Positions 8,654 to 19,251 of a stretch of 64,000 nt of DNA are shown in pieces. Positions within the stretch are counted from its first letter, which is position 1, and each line of letters starts with the position of its first letter. Position numbers and translations under genes: made by a program. Below the pieces are notes generated by a model. It was not told the DNA's origin. It made no database searches and worked only from the letters and a program-made list of their open reading frames with translations. Source of the stretch: Bacteroidia bacterium (GTDB lineage Bacteria; Bacteroidota; Bacteroidia; M30B66); the NCBI GenBank assembly GCA_965279035.1, contig OZ257142.1:384001-448000 (forward strand), in the 5' to 3' direction.

Positions 8654-11542
8654 TTATGGCTTTACAATTTTACCGCTATACGAACTGCCATTAATGCGAA
8701 CAGTGAAAATATAGAGGCCTGAAGAAATTTGAGACGTGTTGATATTTATCTGACTTCCGGATATTATTTGAGCCGAAGACTTCTCATAAACTACTCGACC
8801 GGTTAAATCACAAATTCGGACTTTTGCATTGGATGCATTTTCATTCAGAGAAAAAACAAGTTCATTATTAAATGGGTTTGGATAAACCAGAACAGGGTTG
8901 TTTTTTTGAATAGTCGACATTGAATTGGGTTCTTCTCCATATGTATTTGCAGGGGGAACAATCCGACGATCTAAATACACGTGGAACTCTCCGGGGGCAT
9001 ATGAAAAAGCATTACCCGGGTTGCTTACATCCAAACTGTCACCACTTAAGTAGTCGTACCATTTTCCTCCAAAAGGAAACGCAGGATTCATTTCTTGTCC
9101 AACAACATCGAAATTACCTGCAATTACACAGTTAAAATTGGCATTCGTGAACCGAACTACTTTTTCGTATTGACCAAGGTCCATAAACAAGCCTAAGTCG
9201 CGCATTTCTGGTTGCGTTCTTTTTAAGTAAATAAGTTTTCTATATGTGTCAAAAAGGTCTCTTCTATCAGTGTTATCATAATAATCCCAGTGAAGAGGTT
9301 TTGTGTTTGTTCTACAATCGCTACTAAAGGTTCCATCAAGACAATCGGTGATAGAATAGTCGTATCCAAGCTCACCAAATTGCCAAATCATCTTAGGACC
9401 TGGAAGTGTGATAAAAAACGCAGCAGCTTCGGCCATTCTATCTAATGCTGTTGGAAGATTGCTCGTGTTATAGGTTCCGTTTGAGTTTCCATAGTGAAGA
9501 TTTTTAAACATGAGGCGTTCTTCATCATGACTTTCCATATAGGAAAGCAGTCCATAATTTCCCCAACCTTTAGCTTGTGGTGTTGTATTATAGAGATTCT
9601 GATTTTGACCATTTAGCCATCCCATCGTTGCTTCATTGTATGGATCGGATGCTTTACCCCAAAGCATAATACCATTATCAGCATAAACGGTTTCTTCGCT
9701 TACAACACCTAAGTGTTCTAAAATGATGAATGCATTTGGGTCGGTTTGACGAATGGAAGAGGCATAATCTAATATTATGTTAATACGGCTTTGGTCATAC
9801 GCGCTCCAAAGACTTATATTACTTCCTGAATTGGTTTGAGTAAGACCTTTACTTAAGTCAAAACGAAACCCATCAATTTTGAATTCTTGAAGCCAGTGCT
9901 TTAGTGTTTTTTTGACAAAATATTTTGTTGCTTGGCTTTCGTGGTTAAAGTCAAATCCGATAGAATAGGGGTGAGTTGCCACTTGATTGAACCAAGGATT
10001 TTGAGCACTTGGTTGTCCAAATTCTCCTGCTGATGGGTCAAAATACATATTTACCATCGGGCATTGACCAAACGCATGATTGAAAACAACATCAGCAATA
10101 ATCGCGATTCCTCTGCTATGACAAGAATCTACGAGCCGTTTGAATTCATTTTTGGTACCGTAATATTTATCAACAGCCGAGAAAAAATTAGGAGCATACC
10201 CCCAACTTTCGTTTCCGTCAAATTCAGCAATGGGCATTAATTCTATGGCATTTACTCCGAGTGTGCCTAGGTATGGAAGTTTGTCAATAATATCAGTAAA
10301 GGAACGTGTTTGAGAAAAGTCGCGGATAAGAAGCTCATAAACAACAAGATCTTCTTTTGGAGCTCTGTTATACGTATAGGAATTGTCCCATGAATAGGCT
10401 GGTGGATTTGTTTGAAGAACACCAACAATTCCTTCTGCTAGACCCGTTGGATAAGCTATTAAATTTGGATAAACGCTTGGTGAAATCCAAGGGTCATTCC
10501 AGGGATCAAGAATTTTTTCGCAATAAGGATCTGTAACACGTAAGCCTTCCCAATCTATGGAATATTGGAAACGATATTCACGATTTGGATCAAGGTTGCT
10601 GATTTCGAGCCAGAAGTATTGACCATCGGGCGTTTTGTTCATTTTGTATTCTGGAAGAAATGCCCAATTGTTGAAATCACCTAAAACGTAAATAAAATCT
10701 TTGTACGGGGCTCGAAGCTGAAGATAGACAGACGTTTGGCTCGTGTAGGTGATTCCTTCTTCAGCCCCATTGGGTAGTGCAACAATATTTGGAGAGCTGT
10801 GACGAGTAATTAGAATAGTATCTCTAAGTGTTGTTGTTCCATTGTTTGCTGAGAAAATCAGGGTGTGTAATCCTGCTGTTAAATCGGTTGTTAAAAGAGA
10901 ATAATCAAGCGATGTTACAGAGGAGGCGGATCCTTCAACTACACCATCTAATGAAAATCCAAGAGCGGCATTAGCAGAAGCCTGACCAGTGAAAACGATC
11001 GTTTCTCCGGTATTAACAAGAAGGCTGTTTTGAGGATGAGAAGTAATATTTGCAGAGAATGATGCTGTAGCTAAATCGATAAAAATATCGCCATTGGTGG
11101 CTGTCTTACCTTCAAGAGTTCCATCAGCATTTCTGAAAACGATGCAGATTTGTTGGATAACAGCACCAGAAGGAATAGTCGTTGAAGCATTGTTGTTGGT
11201 TGAATACCATTCTCTAATACTCGGTCCTAGAGTAAGTGTATATTGATTCGAAGTACCAATTCGTGTCATTGCAACACGTGAATCAGGTTGCCCCCAATTA
11301 CCAACAACGTATTGCCAAGGAGAACCTGCTATTTTAACTCCTGTATGAGCATACACCACAGAATCTGCAGGAAGATTTGCTAAACCAGCATTACCTTGAT
11401 CGGCATTAAAGGTTAGAGTAACGGCATCATCACCCGTTGGAAATGCCGGGCTTAAAGAAACGATTGCTTGAGAGAACGCACTATTTATTGTTATTGATAA
11501 ACAGGTGATAAGAAAAAGTTTTATCGCTTTCATAAAGTTCAC
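8654..11542 (-). CDS. GH13 alpha-amylase with N-terminal binding modules and T9SS type-A C-terminal domain
   Basis: DVVFNH (region I), DGFRFDLSKG (nucleophile), ILEH (acid/base), SHDEER (region IV); CTD VYPNP...GLYIF...KIVK; signal peptide AFS-Q. Confidence 0.92.
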   Translation of the reverse strand: MNFMKAIKLFLITCLSITINSAFSQAIVSLSPAFPTGDDAVTLTFNADQGNAGLANLPADSVVYAHTGVKIAGSPWQYVVGNWGQPDSRVAMTRIGTSNQYTLTLGPSIREWYSTNNNASTTIPSGAVIQQICIVFRNADGTLEGKTATNGDIFIDLATASFSANITSHPQNSLLVNTGETIVFTGQASANAALGFSLDGVVEGSASSVTSLDYSLLTTDLTAGLHTLIFSANNGTTTLRDTILITRHSSPNIVALPNGAEEGITYTSQTSVYLQLRAPYKDFIYVLGDFNNWAFLPEYKMNKTPDGQYFWLEISNLDPNREYRFQYSIDWEGLRVTDPYCEKILDPWNDPWISPSVYPNLIAYPTGLAEGIVGVLQTNPPAYSWDNSYTYNRAPKEDLVVYELLIRDFSQTRSFTDIIDKLPYLGTLGVNAIELMPIAEFDGNESWGYAPNFFSAVDKYYGTKNEFKRLVDSCHSRGIAIIADVVFNHAFGQCPMVNMYFDPSAGEFGQPSAQNPWFNQVATHPYSIGFDFNHESQATKYFVKKTLKHWLQEFKIDGFRFDLSKGLTQTNSGSNISLWSAYDQSRINIILDYASSIRQTDPNAFIILEHLGVVSEETVYADNGIMLWGKASDPYNEATMGWLNGQNQNLYNTTPQAKGWGNYGLLSYMESHDEERLMFKNLHYGNSNGTYNTSNLPTALDRMAEAAAFFITLPGPKMIWQFGELGYDYSITDCLDGTFSSDCRTNTKPLHWDYYDNTDRRDLFDTYRKLIYLKRTQPEMRDLGLFMDLGQYEKVVRFTNANFNCVIAGNFDVVGQEMNPAFPFGGKWYDYLSGDSLDVSNPGNAFSYAPGEFHVYLDRRIVPPANTYGEEPNSMSTIQKNNPVLVYPNPFNNELVFSLNENASNAKVRICDLTGRVVYEKSSAQIISGSQININTSQISSGLYIFTVRINGSSYSGKIVKP

Positions 11543-11860
11543 AAATCACTCGAGTTTAGACATCGAAGATAATTAGTTAAGTGTAAAAATAACACTATTC
11601 AAAATTGAGTATATGACATAATCTTAACTAATTAACTGATAAACAATAAGATAAAATTAACAATTTCCTGTAACAATTGTTAAAAAAAACATGTCGCGAT
11701 TTGATCATTTTAACATGAATCGCGAGCAAAAACTTTTTTTGTAAAATTTAAGCACCTCAAAAACAGGCAGATAACAATTCTGTGCGTTTTTCTGACACTA
11801 AAGGCTTGAAAAGCCTTGATTGTAATTGTTAATTTCGACAGTTGAAACAAATCCAATAAA

Positions 11861-13585
11861 ATGAAAAAACAACTACTTACAGCATTTTGTGCCATAGCTG
11901 GGATATTCGGCTTATCAGCTCAAAATACAGTCACTATTACGGTTAATATGAACGGAGTGACTGTAGATCCTACGGGAGTTCATATTGCAGGAGATTTTCA
12001 ATCTGAAATTGGTGCTTCCGGTGACTGGGTTCCTGGAGAAACTGCAATGGATGATTCTGATGGAGATGGTATTTATATATATACTGCATCAAATCTTCCT
12101 AATGGAAAGTATGAATACAAATTTATTAATGGAAATGATTGGCCAATGGCTGAAAATATTCCTGCTGAATGTCAAGTTGGAGGAGGAAATACCAATCGCT
12201 TTTTCGTAGTAGATGGGGTTGATTTCACTTTGCTTCCAGTTTCTTACGGAGGAAATTCTGTAACAGATGGAGTTAACACCTTGAATTTGATTCGTTTTAC
12301 AGTTGATTTAACAGGAACAACAATTTCTGCAAATGGTGTGTCTTGTGCGGGTGATTGGCAAGCTGCTGCTGGTGGTGCTGCTGATTGGACTCCAGGACAA
12401 AACAAATTGTATGATGTAACACCGGGTGATGGAATTGATAATTTCACTGGTATTTTCTATATCCCATCTGCAATTACAACATGTCAATACAAATTCATTA
12501 ATGGAAATGATTGGGGTGGAGGAGAATCAGTTCCTACTGCTTGCCAAGTTGGTGGTGGAAATGACAATCGTTCGGTATCTGTTACTGGTCCAACGATGGT
12601 TAAGTATTGCTTTAGTACTTGTAATGATGTTTGTGTAGCAGTTCCAACTTATAGCATTACATTGAATGTTGATATGAATTTCAATTGTAATTTCAATGTG
12701 AATTCGAATGACTCGGTTGATATTGCAGGTCCGATTAACGGATGGGCTGGAGGAACTTACCTTACTGATGTTGATAATGATGGAGTTTATAGTGTAACAT
12801 TAGATGCTCCAGCTGGAGAATTTACATACAAAGCACGTATCATTAAAAACTTATCTCCATCATGGGAAGATGGGGCAAATAAGGTTGTTCAACTAGATGC
12901 AAATACAAATGTTCCAACTCGTTGTTTTAGTTCTGATGTAGCCGGTTCATGTGCTGCAATTCCAGCTCCTGCAACCATTACTTTCCGTGTTGATTTGACG
13001 AACGAAACTCCTTCTTCTACGATTTATTTGAAAGGTTCATTTACAAATCCAGCTTGGGATAATGGAAAGATTTTACTTACATCAACTCCAGGAAATCCAG
13101 GTGTTTATGAAACCACTGTTGCTGATGTATGTCCAGGAACAATCCGTTACAAATTTGTAAATGGACCTGATGCTGTAGCTAATGAGGAGCAGTATCCAAA
13201 CATTGCAGGAGATACAGCATGTTTATCTCGTAACCCGTTCAATAACTGGGAACGTATTTATGTACGTACTGATGCAAATGCACAAACATTACAGTATGTA
13301 TATGATCATTGTACTATGTTAACAATTGGATTTAACGAAGTGAAACCGTTAGTTGTGACGATGTTCCCTAATCCAGCAGATAACTCAACAATGATTCGTT
13401 TTAACAACAATACAGAGAGTCATTTAATTGTTGTTTCCGACATTTTAGGAAATCAAGTTTCTCGTATTGGAAATGTTCGCGGAAGCTATTTAGTTGAACG
13501 CGGTACACTTTCTTCAGGAATTTATTTTGTTCAGGTAACTGATTCTAAAGGACAATCAAGCACACAAAAATTGATCTTTCGTTAA
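11861..13585 (+). CDS. Non-catalytic T9SS cargo with four CBM20/CBM48-like modules
   Basis: Four repeats of (V/F)xVxM/L...G..W...G(I/V)Y...YK(F/A); CTD MFPNP...GIYFV...KLIFR; signal peptide LSA-Q; no catalytic motif seen. Confidence 0.75.
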   Translation: MKKQLLTAFCAIAGIFGLSAQNTVTITVNMNGVTVDPTGVHIAGDFQSEIGASGDWVPGETAMDDSDGDGIYIYTASNLPNGKYEYKFINGNDWPMAENIPAECQVGGGNTNRFFVVDGVDFTLLPVSYGGNSVTDGVNTLNLIRFTVDLTGTTISANGVSCAGDWQAAAGGAADWTPGQNKLYDVTPGDGIDNFTGIFYIPSAITTCQYKFINGNDWGGGESVPTACQVGGGNDNRSVSVTGPTMVKYCFSTCNDVCVAVPTYSITLNVDMNFNCNFNVNSNDSVDIAGPINGWAGGTYLTDVDNDGVYSVTLDAPAGEFTYKARIIKNLSPSWEDGANKVVQLDANTNVPTRCFSSDVAGSCAAIPAPATITFRVDLTNETPSSTIYLKGSFTNPAWDNGKILLTSTPGNPGVYETTVADVCPGTIRYKFVNGPDAVANEEQYPNIAGDTACLSRNPFNNWERIYVRTDANAQTLQYVYDHCTMLTIGFNEVKPLVVTMFPNPADNSTMIRFNNNTESHLIVVSDILGNQVSRIGNVRGSYLVERGTLSSGIYFVQVTDSKGQSSTQKLIFR

Positions 13586-13603
13586 TCGAAATATTTGAAA
13601 TTG

Positions 13604-13636
13604 AAAGCCCGAACATTTAATTGTTCGGGCTTTTTT
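13604..13636. terminator. Intrinsic terminator
   Basis: AAAGCCCGAACA-tttaat-TGTTCGGGCTTT followed by a T-run, between convergent genes. Confidence 0.88.
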
Positions 13637-13717
13637 GTTTTCAATAAGACCAGCCTTCAATAAAGAGAAATGCTTGGATTTTAAGATTAAAACAATTCTA
13701 AAATTTAGATCGTTTGA

Positions 13718-14989
13718 TTAAGTAAAAAAGAGGGCATATTGAGCTAGATAAACTAGCGCTCCGACGATGTATCCTAGAAAGGCGATGAAGCCCATTTTCT
13801 TTAGGTACCAGATAAAATTGATTTTCTCCATGCCCATTGCCGCAACACCTGCTGCAGAGCCAATGATAAGAATGCTACCACCTGTTCCTGCACAAAAGGC
13901 AATGAATTCCCAAATTTTATGATCGGTGGGAAAGGTGCTTAAATCGTACATTCCCATTGATGCAGCAACTAAAGGAACATTGTCCACAATAGCAGAAAGC
14001 AAACCGATACTTAATATGATAACGTCTTTATTTCCAATGGTAGAATCCATCCATTCCGAAAGGGATTTAAGCACGTTTAATGAATCCAAACCGCTTACTG
14101 CAAGGAGAATTCCCAAAAAGAATAAAAGGCTTGGCATATCAATTTTCATGAGTGCATTCGCCGCAGAATATCTGTTTTTATCTTCCGATTTCTTTTTCCG
14201 ATGAATAATATCAGCAGCAACCCAAACAAGACCAAGGGCTAGCATCATTCCAACATAAGGAGGCAAATGCGTTAGTTGCTTAAAAACAGGAACGAAGACA
14301 AGTCCGCCAATGCCAAGCAAAAAAATCAATTTGTTCTCTAAAGTCAAGGGAATGTTTTTCTGAAAATGAACATCCCCTTGTAACGACTTCTTTTCGAAAA
14401 GAGTAACAAAAACGAGAGGAACAATCACGCAAACTAAGCTTGGTAGAAAAAGCACCTTCATTATATTGAACGTGCTAATTTGTCCACCAATCCAAAGCAT
14501 GGTTGTAGTAACATCTCCAATGGGAGACCATGCTCCGCCAGCATTAGCGGCAATAACTGTCATTCCTGCAAAAAACAGGCGTTGATCTTCTTCTTTAACA
14601 AGCTTTCTTGCTAAAGAGATCATAACAATTGTGGTAGTTAAATTATCAAGAATGGCAGAGAGAAAAAATGTTATGAAAGCCATAATCCAAAGCAGTCGAA
14701 TTTTGCTTCGCGTATGAATCTTGTTGGTAATGATGTTAAATCCGTCGTGTGCATCAACCACTTCAACGATAGTCATTGCACCCATTAAGAAAAAAAGAAT
14801 TTCTGCTATTCCAGATAGATGGTGAGCCAGTTCTCCAGCAACATCGATGCTTGGCACACCAAGTCTATAGACTGTCCAAATAAGGATGCCCATAATAAGT
14901 GCTGAACCCGTCTTATTAATTTTGAGAGGGTGTTCAAAGGCGATAGCTGTATATCCGAATACAAATAGTAATATGATTAGTGTAATCAT
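13718..14989 (-). CDS. nhaD: Na+/H+ antiporter, NhaD family
   Basis: Polytopic membrane protein with LDNLTTT, AANAGGAWSPIGDVTT, DNVPLVAA and GTGGSILIIGSAAG. Confidence 0.9.
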   Translation of the reverse strand: MITLIILLFVFGYTAIAFEHPLKINKTGSALIMGILIWTVYRLGVPSIDVAGELAHHLSGIAEILFFLMGAMTIVEVVDAHDGFNIITNKIHTRSKIRLLWIMAFITFFLSAILDNLTTTIVMISLARKLVKEEDQRLFFAGMTVIAANAGGAWSPIGDVTTTMLWIGGQISTFNIMKVLFLPSLVCVIVPLVFVTLFEKKSLQGDVHFQKNIPLTLENKLIFLLGIGGLVFVPVFKQLTHLPPYVGMMLALGLVWVAADIIHRKKKSEDKNRYSAANALMKIDMPSLLFFLGILLAVSGLDSLNVLKSLSEWMDSTIGNKDVIILSIGLLSAIVDNVPLVAASMGMYDLSTFPTDHKIWEFIAFCAGTGGSILIIGSAAGVAAMGMEKINFIWYLKKMGFIAFLGYIVGALVYLAQYALFFT

Positions 14990-15019
14990 AAAATAGTGAA
15001 TACCTTAAACTGTTATGGC

Positions 15020-15577
15020 TTATTGGATTGTGTTGACGAAGATAGCCGAAACACGGTATTTAGATTCTGAAAGGCCAGCTACTTTTTGAATTCCAGAAAC
15101 AACATATCCACTATCTGGTATATAACGCCAAGAAACTTCTGTATTCATTAGGTTTGAATGTTCCTTTTTAGAAGCTTCAATGGATAAAATAACGCCCGAT
15201 TTTTTTGTAAACGCAAATCGCTGAATAGGTAAATTAAGGTCAGTAGCGGTATAATCAAAATGAGTTGATTCCAATGTGGAACATGAGTCTATTTTATATT
15301 TACCTGAATAGGATGACTTGTTTAATGTTATGGAAGAGAAAATAGAAAGCTCTTTTTCCCAATCTACATTTGATATGCGATGCTGCTCTTGCTTATCATC
15401 TGTTTCAACAGTTTTAAGCAAGTTGATTTTAGATGAATTTAGTCGATCAATTTCTTTTTTAAAGAATGCTGGATTATCGAAATATTCGAATGCAACACCA
15501 TTTGATGGAGTTGAATCTTTACAAGCATTCAGCCCCACAATTATGAGAAACAATAAGGGAAAGCAGCTTTTTATCAA
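15020..15577 (-). CDS. Hypothetical lipoprotein
   Basis: Lipobox LNAC; TTG start; packed tightly behind the aldehyde dehydrogenase gene. Confidence 0.65.
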   Translation of the reverse strand: MIKSCFPLLFLIIVGLNACKDSTPSNGVAFEYFDNPAFFKKEIDRLNSSKINLLKTVETDDKQEQHRISNVDWEKELSIFSSITLNKSSYSGKYKIDSCSTLESTHFDYTATDLNLPIQRFAFTKKSGVILSIEASKKEHSNLMNTEVSWRYIPDSGYVVSGIQKVAGLSESKYRVSAIFVNTIQ

Positions 15578-15584
15578 TGCGGAA

Positions 15585-17138
15585 TTAAAAATTAAATTGA
15601 ATTCCTTGGGCTAGCGGCAATGCTGTTCCGTAATTGATTGTATTCGTTTGACGACGCATATAGGCTTTCCAGGCATCAGATCCAGATTCTCGACCGCCAC
15701 CTGTTTCTTTTTCTCCTCCGAAGGCACCGCCAATTTCAGCACCAGAAGTTCCAATATTGACATTTGCAATACCGCAATCAGAGCCTGCAGCAGAAAGGAA
15801 AGCTTCCATTTCGCGCATGTTGTTGGTAAAGATTGAAGATGACAAACCCTGAGGAACCCCATTTTGAAGCTCAATAGCTTGATCAATTGAACTGTATTTG
15901 ATTAAATATAAAATTGGAGCAAAGGTTTCTTCTTGAACAATATTGAAATGATTTTCGGCTTCGATGATACATGGTTTGACATAGCAGCCACTTTCGTATC
16001 CTTCGCCAGTTAAAACACCTCCATCAACTAATATTTTACCGCCTTCGGCTTTTGCTTTGGCAATGGCATTGGAATAATCTTCAACAGCTTTGGTATCGAT
16101 GAGTGGCCCAACGTGATTGTTTTGATCGAGCGGATTACCGATGCTTAATTGGTTGTAAGCTCCTTTCAATACATCACATACTTTATCGTAGATGCTTTCA
16201 TGAATAATAAGGCGGCGAGTTGATGTACAACGTTGTCCGGCAGTACCAACTGCACCAAATACAGCACCTACAAGAACCATTTTTAAGTCGGCATTTTCTG
16301 TAACGATGATGGCGTTATTTCCACCTAATTCGAGAATTGAACGACCAAAGCGAGCCGCAACAGTTTGCGAAACGTGACGACCAATGCGTGTAGAACCAGT
16401 AAAAGAAACGAGAGGAACGCGTTTGTCGTTATTAAGTAAATCGCCAGCAGCATTTCCAATTACGAGGTTGGATACACCTTCGGGTACGTTGTTTTTACGC
16501 AACACTTCGGTAATGATATTTTGGCAGGCAATAGAACAAAGAGGAACTTTTGAAGATGGTTTCCAAATACACACATCGCCGCAAACCCAAGCCAACATTG
16601 AATTCCAAGACCAAACAGCAACAGGGAAATTGAAGGCTGAAATAATACCAACGATTCCGATGGGATGCCATTGCTCATACATACGATGAGATGGACGTTC
16701 GCTATGCATGGTTAAGCCATATAGTTGACGTGAAAGACCAACTGCAAAGTCGCAGATGTCAATCATTTCTTGAACTTCTCCTAATCCTTCTTGAAGGCTT
16801 TTTCCCATTTCGTAAGAAACGAGTTGACCAAGAGCTTCTTTCTTTTCACGAAGTGCATCGCCCATTTGACGAACAATTTCACCACGTTTTGGTGCTGGCA
16901 TAAGTCGCCAAACTTTGAAAGCTTCTTCTGCTTTTTTAACCACCATTTCGTAATCAAATTCTCCGGCACACTTCACTTTAGCAATCAAATTTCCATCAAC
17001 AGGAGAGTATGATTCTATCCATTTCCCTGAACCTTCGAACCATTGAACACCTGTTGAAACGCCTGTGTTTTCGGGTTCGATACCCAGTTGTTTTAATACA
17101 GGAGAAATATTGATTTGAGATGCAGTTGCAGTAGACAT
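15585..17138 (-). CDS. amaB: Aldehyde dehydrogenase family 7 (piperideine-6-carboxylate / aminoadipate-semialdehyde dehydrogenase)
   Basis: [65 protein letters not shown] 17138 is preferred, given the promoter at 17160. Confidence 0.9.
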   Translation of the reverse strand: MSTATASQINISPVLKQLGIEPENTGVSTGVQWFEGSGKWIESYSPVDGNLIAKVKCAGEFDYEMVVKKAEEAFKVWRLMPAPKRGEIVRQMGDALREKKEALGQLVSYEMGKSLQEGLGEVQEMIDICDFAVGLSRQLYGLTMHSERPSHRMYEQWHPIGIVGIISAFNFPVAVWSWNSMLAWVCGDVCIWKPSSKVPLCSIACQNIITEVLRKNNVPEGVSNLVIGNAAGDLLNNDKRVPLVSFTGSTRIGRHVSQTVAARFGRSILELGGNNAIIVTENADLKMVLVGAVFGAVGTAGQRCTSTRRLIIHESIYDKVCDVLKGAYNQLSIGNPLDQNNHVGPLIDTKAVEDYSNAIAKAKAEGGKILVDGGVLTGEGYESGCYVKPCIIEAENHFNIVQEETFAPILYLIKYSSIDQAIELQNGVPQGLSSSIFTNNMREMEAFLSAAGSDCGIANVNIGTSGAEIGGAFGGEKETGGGRESGSDAWKAYMRRQTNTINYGTALPLAQGIQFNF

Positions 17139-17159
17139 ACTTGGGTGAATTTGGTGGCG

Positions 17160-17167
17160 CAAAAGTA
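17160..17167 (-). promoter_or_regulatory. Bacteroidota sigma-A -7 element
   Basis: TACTTTTG on the minus strand fits TAnnTTTG, about 20 nt upstream of ATG 17138. Confidence 0.7.
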
Positions 17168-17268
17168 TGAATTATTCAGGCTCAACGGATATGTACTTCT
17201 GATAATTCAATTACTCTTGAGACTAGATTGATTTAAGTATCGAAATGAATTACTGAATGGAAAGGAAT

Positions 17269-17301
17269 AAAAAACCCGACAAAGATCCTTTCCTTGTCGG
17301 G
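17269..17301 (-). terminator. Intrinsic terminator
   Basis: CCCGACAA...TTGTCGGG stem followed by six T on the minus strand, downstream of the 17323 stop. Confidence 0.8.
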
Positions 17302-17322
17302 CTTGAACAATTCAATTGGAAA

Positions 17323-19122
17323 CTAGTTTTCGTCAGGGTGACGTATATATTCAAAATGGCCATTAGTAACTGTCGCATAATAGAAGTTAACTACACCGCT
17401 TGTTTGATTATAATCTACACGTTTAAAAACACCATTGAAATTCCCTTTCACTCGACCCCCAACTGGGCCATATTCAGTTATATTAAGCGTTAAAACAGAG
17501 TCGGCAACCCAGGAATTTCCATTGTTAGTGATTGTCGCTAAAATGTCAGAATTGTTGTTGTTAATGACAAAACTATTGGTTGCGTTGCCTGGAAAGAGAA
17601 TGCTAAGGCCATAGGTGTCCATTGCAATACCAACAGTAGTGGAGTCGGTCGTGTTGTAAACGGTGTAACAAATAACGGGAATCGCATTAATAGTAATAGT
17701 TTGATTATTAAAACCATCACCATTAATTGTAAAGCTTGATTGAATGGTGTTTCCGCTAGAGCTTGTATTACACATTTCGAAAGTACCGGCATTAACTTCT
17801 TGGTTTGCAGATGTTGGCAGAGTTAATGAAACCGAATAAGAGTCGCCATTTGTTAAGCTTGTAACGATGATGTTAGCCGATTGTCCGTTAGTAGGAACTG
17901 CAATTTTGAATGTTCCAGGAGTTTGAGTAGAACCGAATACACTTTGATTAGAGCCCCAGTTAACCGAAACAGAAGCATTGAAAGATGAACCAGAACTGCA
18001 AGCTAGGCTCATGGTTACATACCCTGGGCATGCAACGCTGATAGTCGGAGCATCGAAAACAGATCCTGCCGTTAAGCTTGAAATGGAAATGGGAGTAGAC
18101 ATGATTCCTAGTTCAGGTGATTCAACAGCAATATCGAAGTCGACACCAGAAGGGGCAAATGTTTCGTATTGTCCTGAAGCGTCAGTAAATGCGGAAGTTT
18201 GACCAACTCGAACTCGGATGCCAGAAAGTATATTTCCGTTGCAATCGCGAATGATACCACGAACAGTAGCACGCGAACCGGCATAATCACAATTCCAAGT
18301 AGAAAAATGAGATACAGTACCTACGTATGTATCACCTTGAAGCGTAGCTGTGCCTTGTTCTTCCCATTTCCCAGTAGTTTCATTGAAATGCCAAAGTGGA
18401 ATTGAAGAAGGAGCTGAACTTAATTGTGTTGAAGCAACTTTCATTTTAATTGTTGCAGTATTTCCAGAGGCAATTTGTAATTCATTGCCACTATTGTCGG
18501 TCATTTGAACAAGTAACATCCCATAAGAAAGAAGTTGTTGTTCTTGTGAAGCGGCATCAATACCAATTAAATCTCCGCCGGGAACTTTGTTTTCAAAATC
18601 AGGATCTGAAGGATCGAGGTGTACAATAGCTACTTGAAAGGAGCCTGAATAAGCAGAACCATCGGACGATTGAATGCTATTAGGCGATAAGTCTACACCC
18701 GAGCCATTGCTTAATTCAAGTGTGTTGGAGGTTGATGCGTTAGCAGTAAAATTGGGTGTGTTTTCGAGAAGTGTTAATTCAATTTTAGTGATACCATTAT
18801 TTTCGGCAATGGCTCCTTTTGAGCCTTTGAAATATCCTGATTTTGTAGCAGATACAAAAACGCGGGATGTTCCACTTACACCAGAAAGAATGAATGTACC
18901 TTCGGAATTACTATAGGAAGAAATTGATCCAGCTGAAATCAAAACCCCTGAAATTGGACTTCCGGATTCATCAATTACGCGACCAACAACAAGCGTTGTA
19001 TTGCTTGGTGATGTTGGAATGACGGGTGTTGGATCAGGAGTTTGATCGTCTTTTTTGCAAGAAGAAAAAGAGACAAACAATAGAATTGAAAAATTGACAA
19101 TCCAAGAATAAGGAGCTTTCAT
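17323..19122 (-). CDS. Ser/Thr-rich lipoprotein with carboxypeptidase-regulatory-like and CILP/FAM171-like domains
   Basis: Lipobox FSSC-KKDD; VVGRVIDESGSPISGV; LLSYGM...IPLWHFNETTGKWEEQG...HFSTWNCD. Start taken at MKAPY (track start 19173). Confidence 0.65.
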   Translation of the reverse strand: MKAPYSWIVNFSILLFVSFSSCKKDDQTPDPTPVIPTSPSNTTLVVGRVIDESGSPISGVLISAGSISSYSNSEGTFILSGVSGTSRVFVSATKSGYFKGSKGAIAENNGITKIELTLLENTPNFTANASTSNTLELSNGSGVDLSPNSIQSSDGSAYSGSFQVAIVHLDPSDPDFENKVPGGDLIGIDAASQEQQLLSYGMLLVQMTDNSGNELQIASGNTATIKMKVASTQLSSAPSSIPLWHFNETTGKWEEQGTATLQGDTYVGTVSHFSTWNCDYAGSRATVRGIIRDCNGNILSGIRVRVGQTSAFTDASGQYETFAPSGVDFDIAVESPELGIMSTPISISSLTAGSVFDAPTISVACPGYVTMSLACSSGSSFNASVSVNWGSNQSVFGSTQTPGTFKIAVPTNGQSANIIVTSLTNGDSYSVSLTLPTSANQEVNAGTFEMCNTSSSGNTIQSSFTINGDGFNNQTITINAIPVICYTVYNTTDSTTVGIAMDTYGLSILFPGNATNSFVINNNNSDILATITNNGNSWVADSVLTLNITEYGPVGGRVKGNFNGVFKRVDYNQTSGVVNFYYATVTNGHFEYIRHPDEN

Positions 19123-19251
19123 CAGGTCTGGTTGGTTAAGAAATGAACGATCAAAGTTCACTTTTTTTACCAATTAATGAATTGATAAATGAAATGAACT
19201 AATGAATAATCATTAAAACTAAAAACCAATCTGAATCAATGTAATATGGAG

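Noticed and set aside
17257-17493. 78-aa plus-strand ORF
   Set aside because: Antisense to the lipoprotein 3' end and spans its terminator; no family features.
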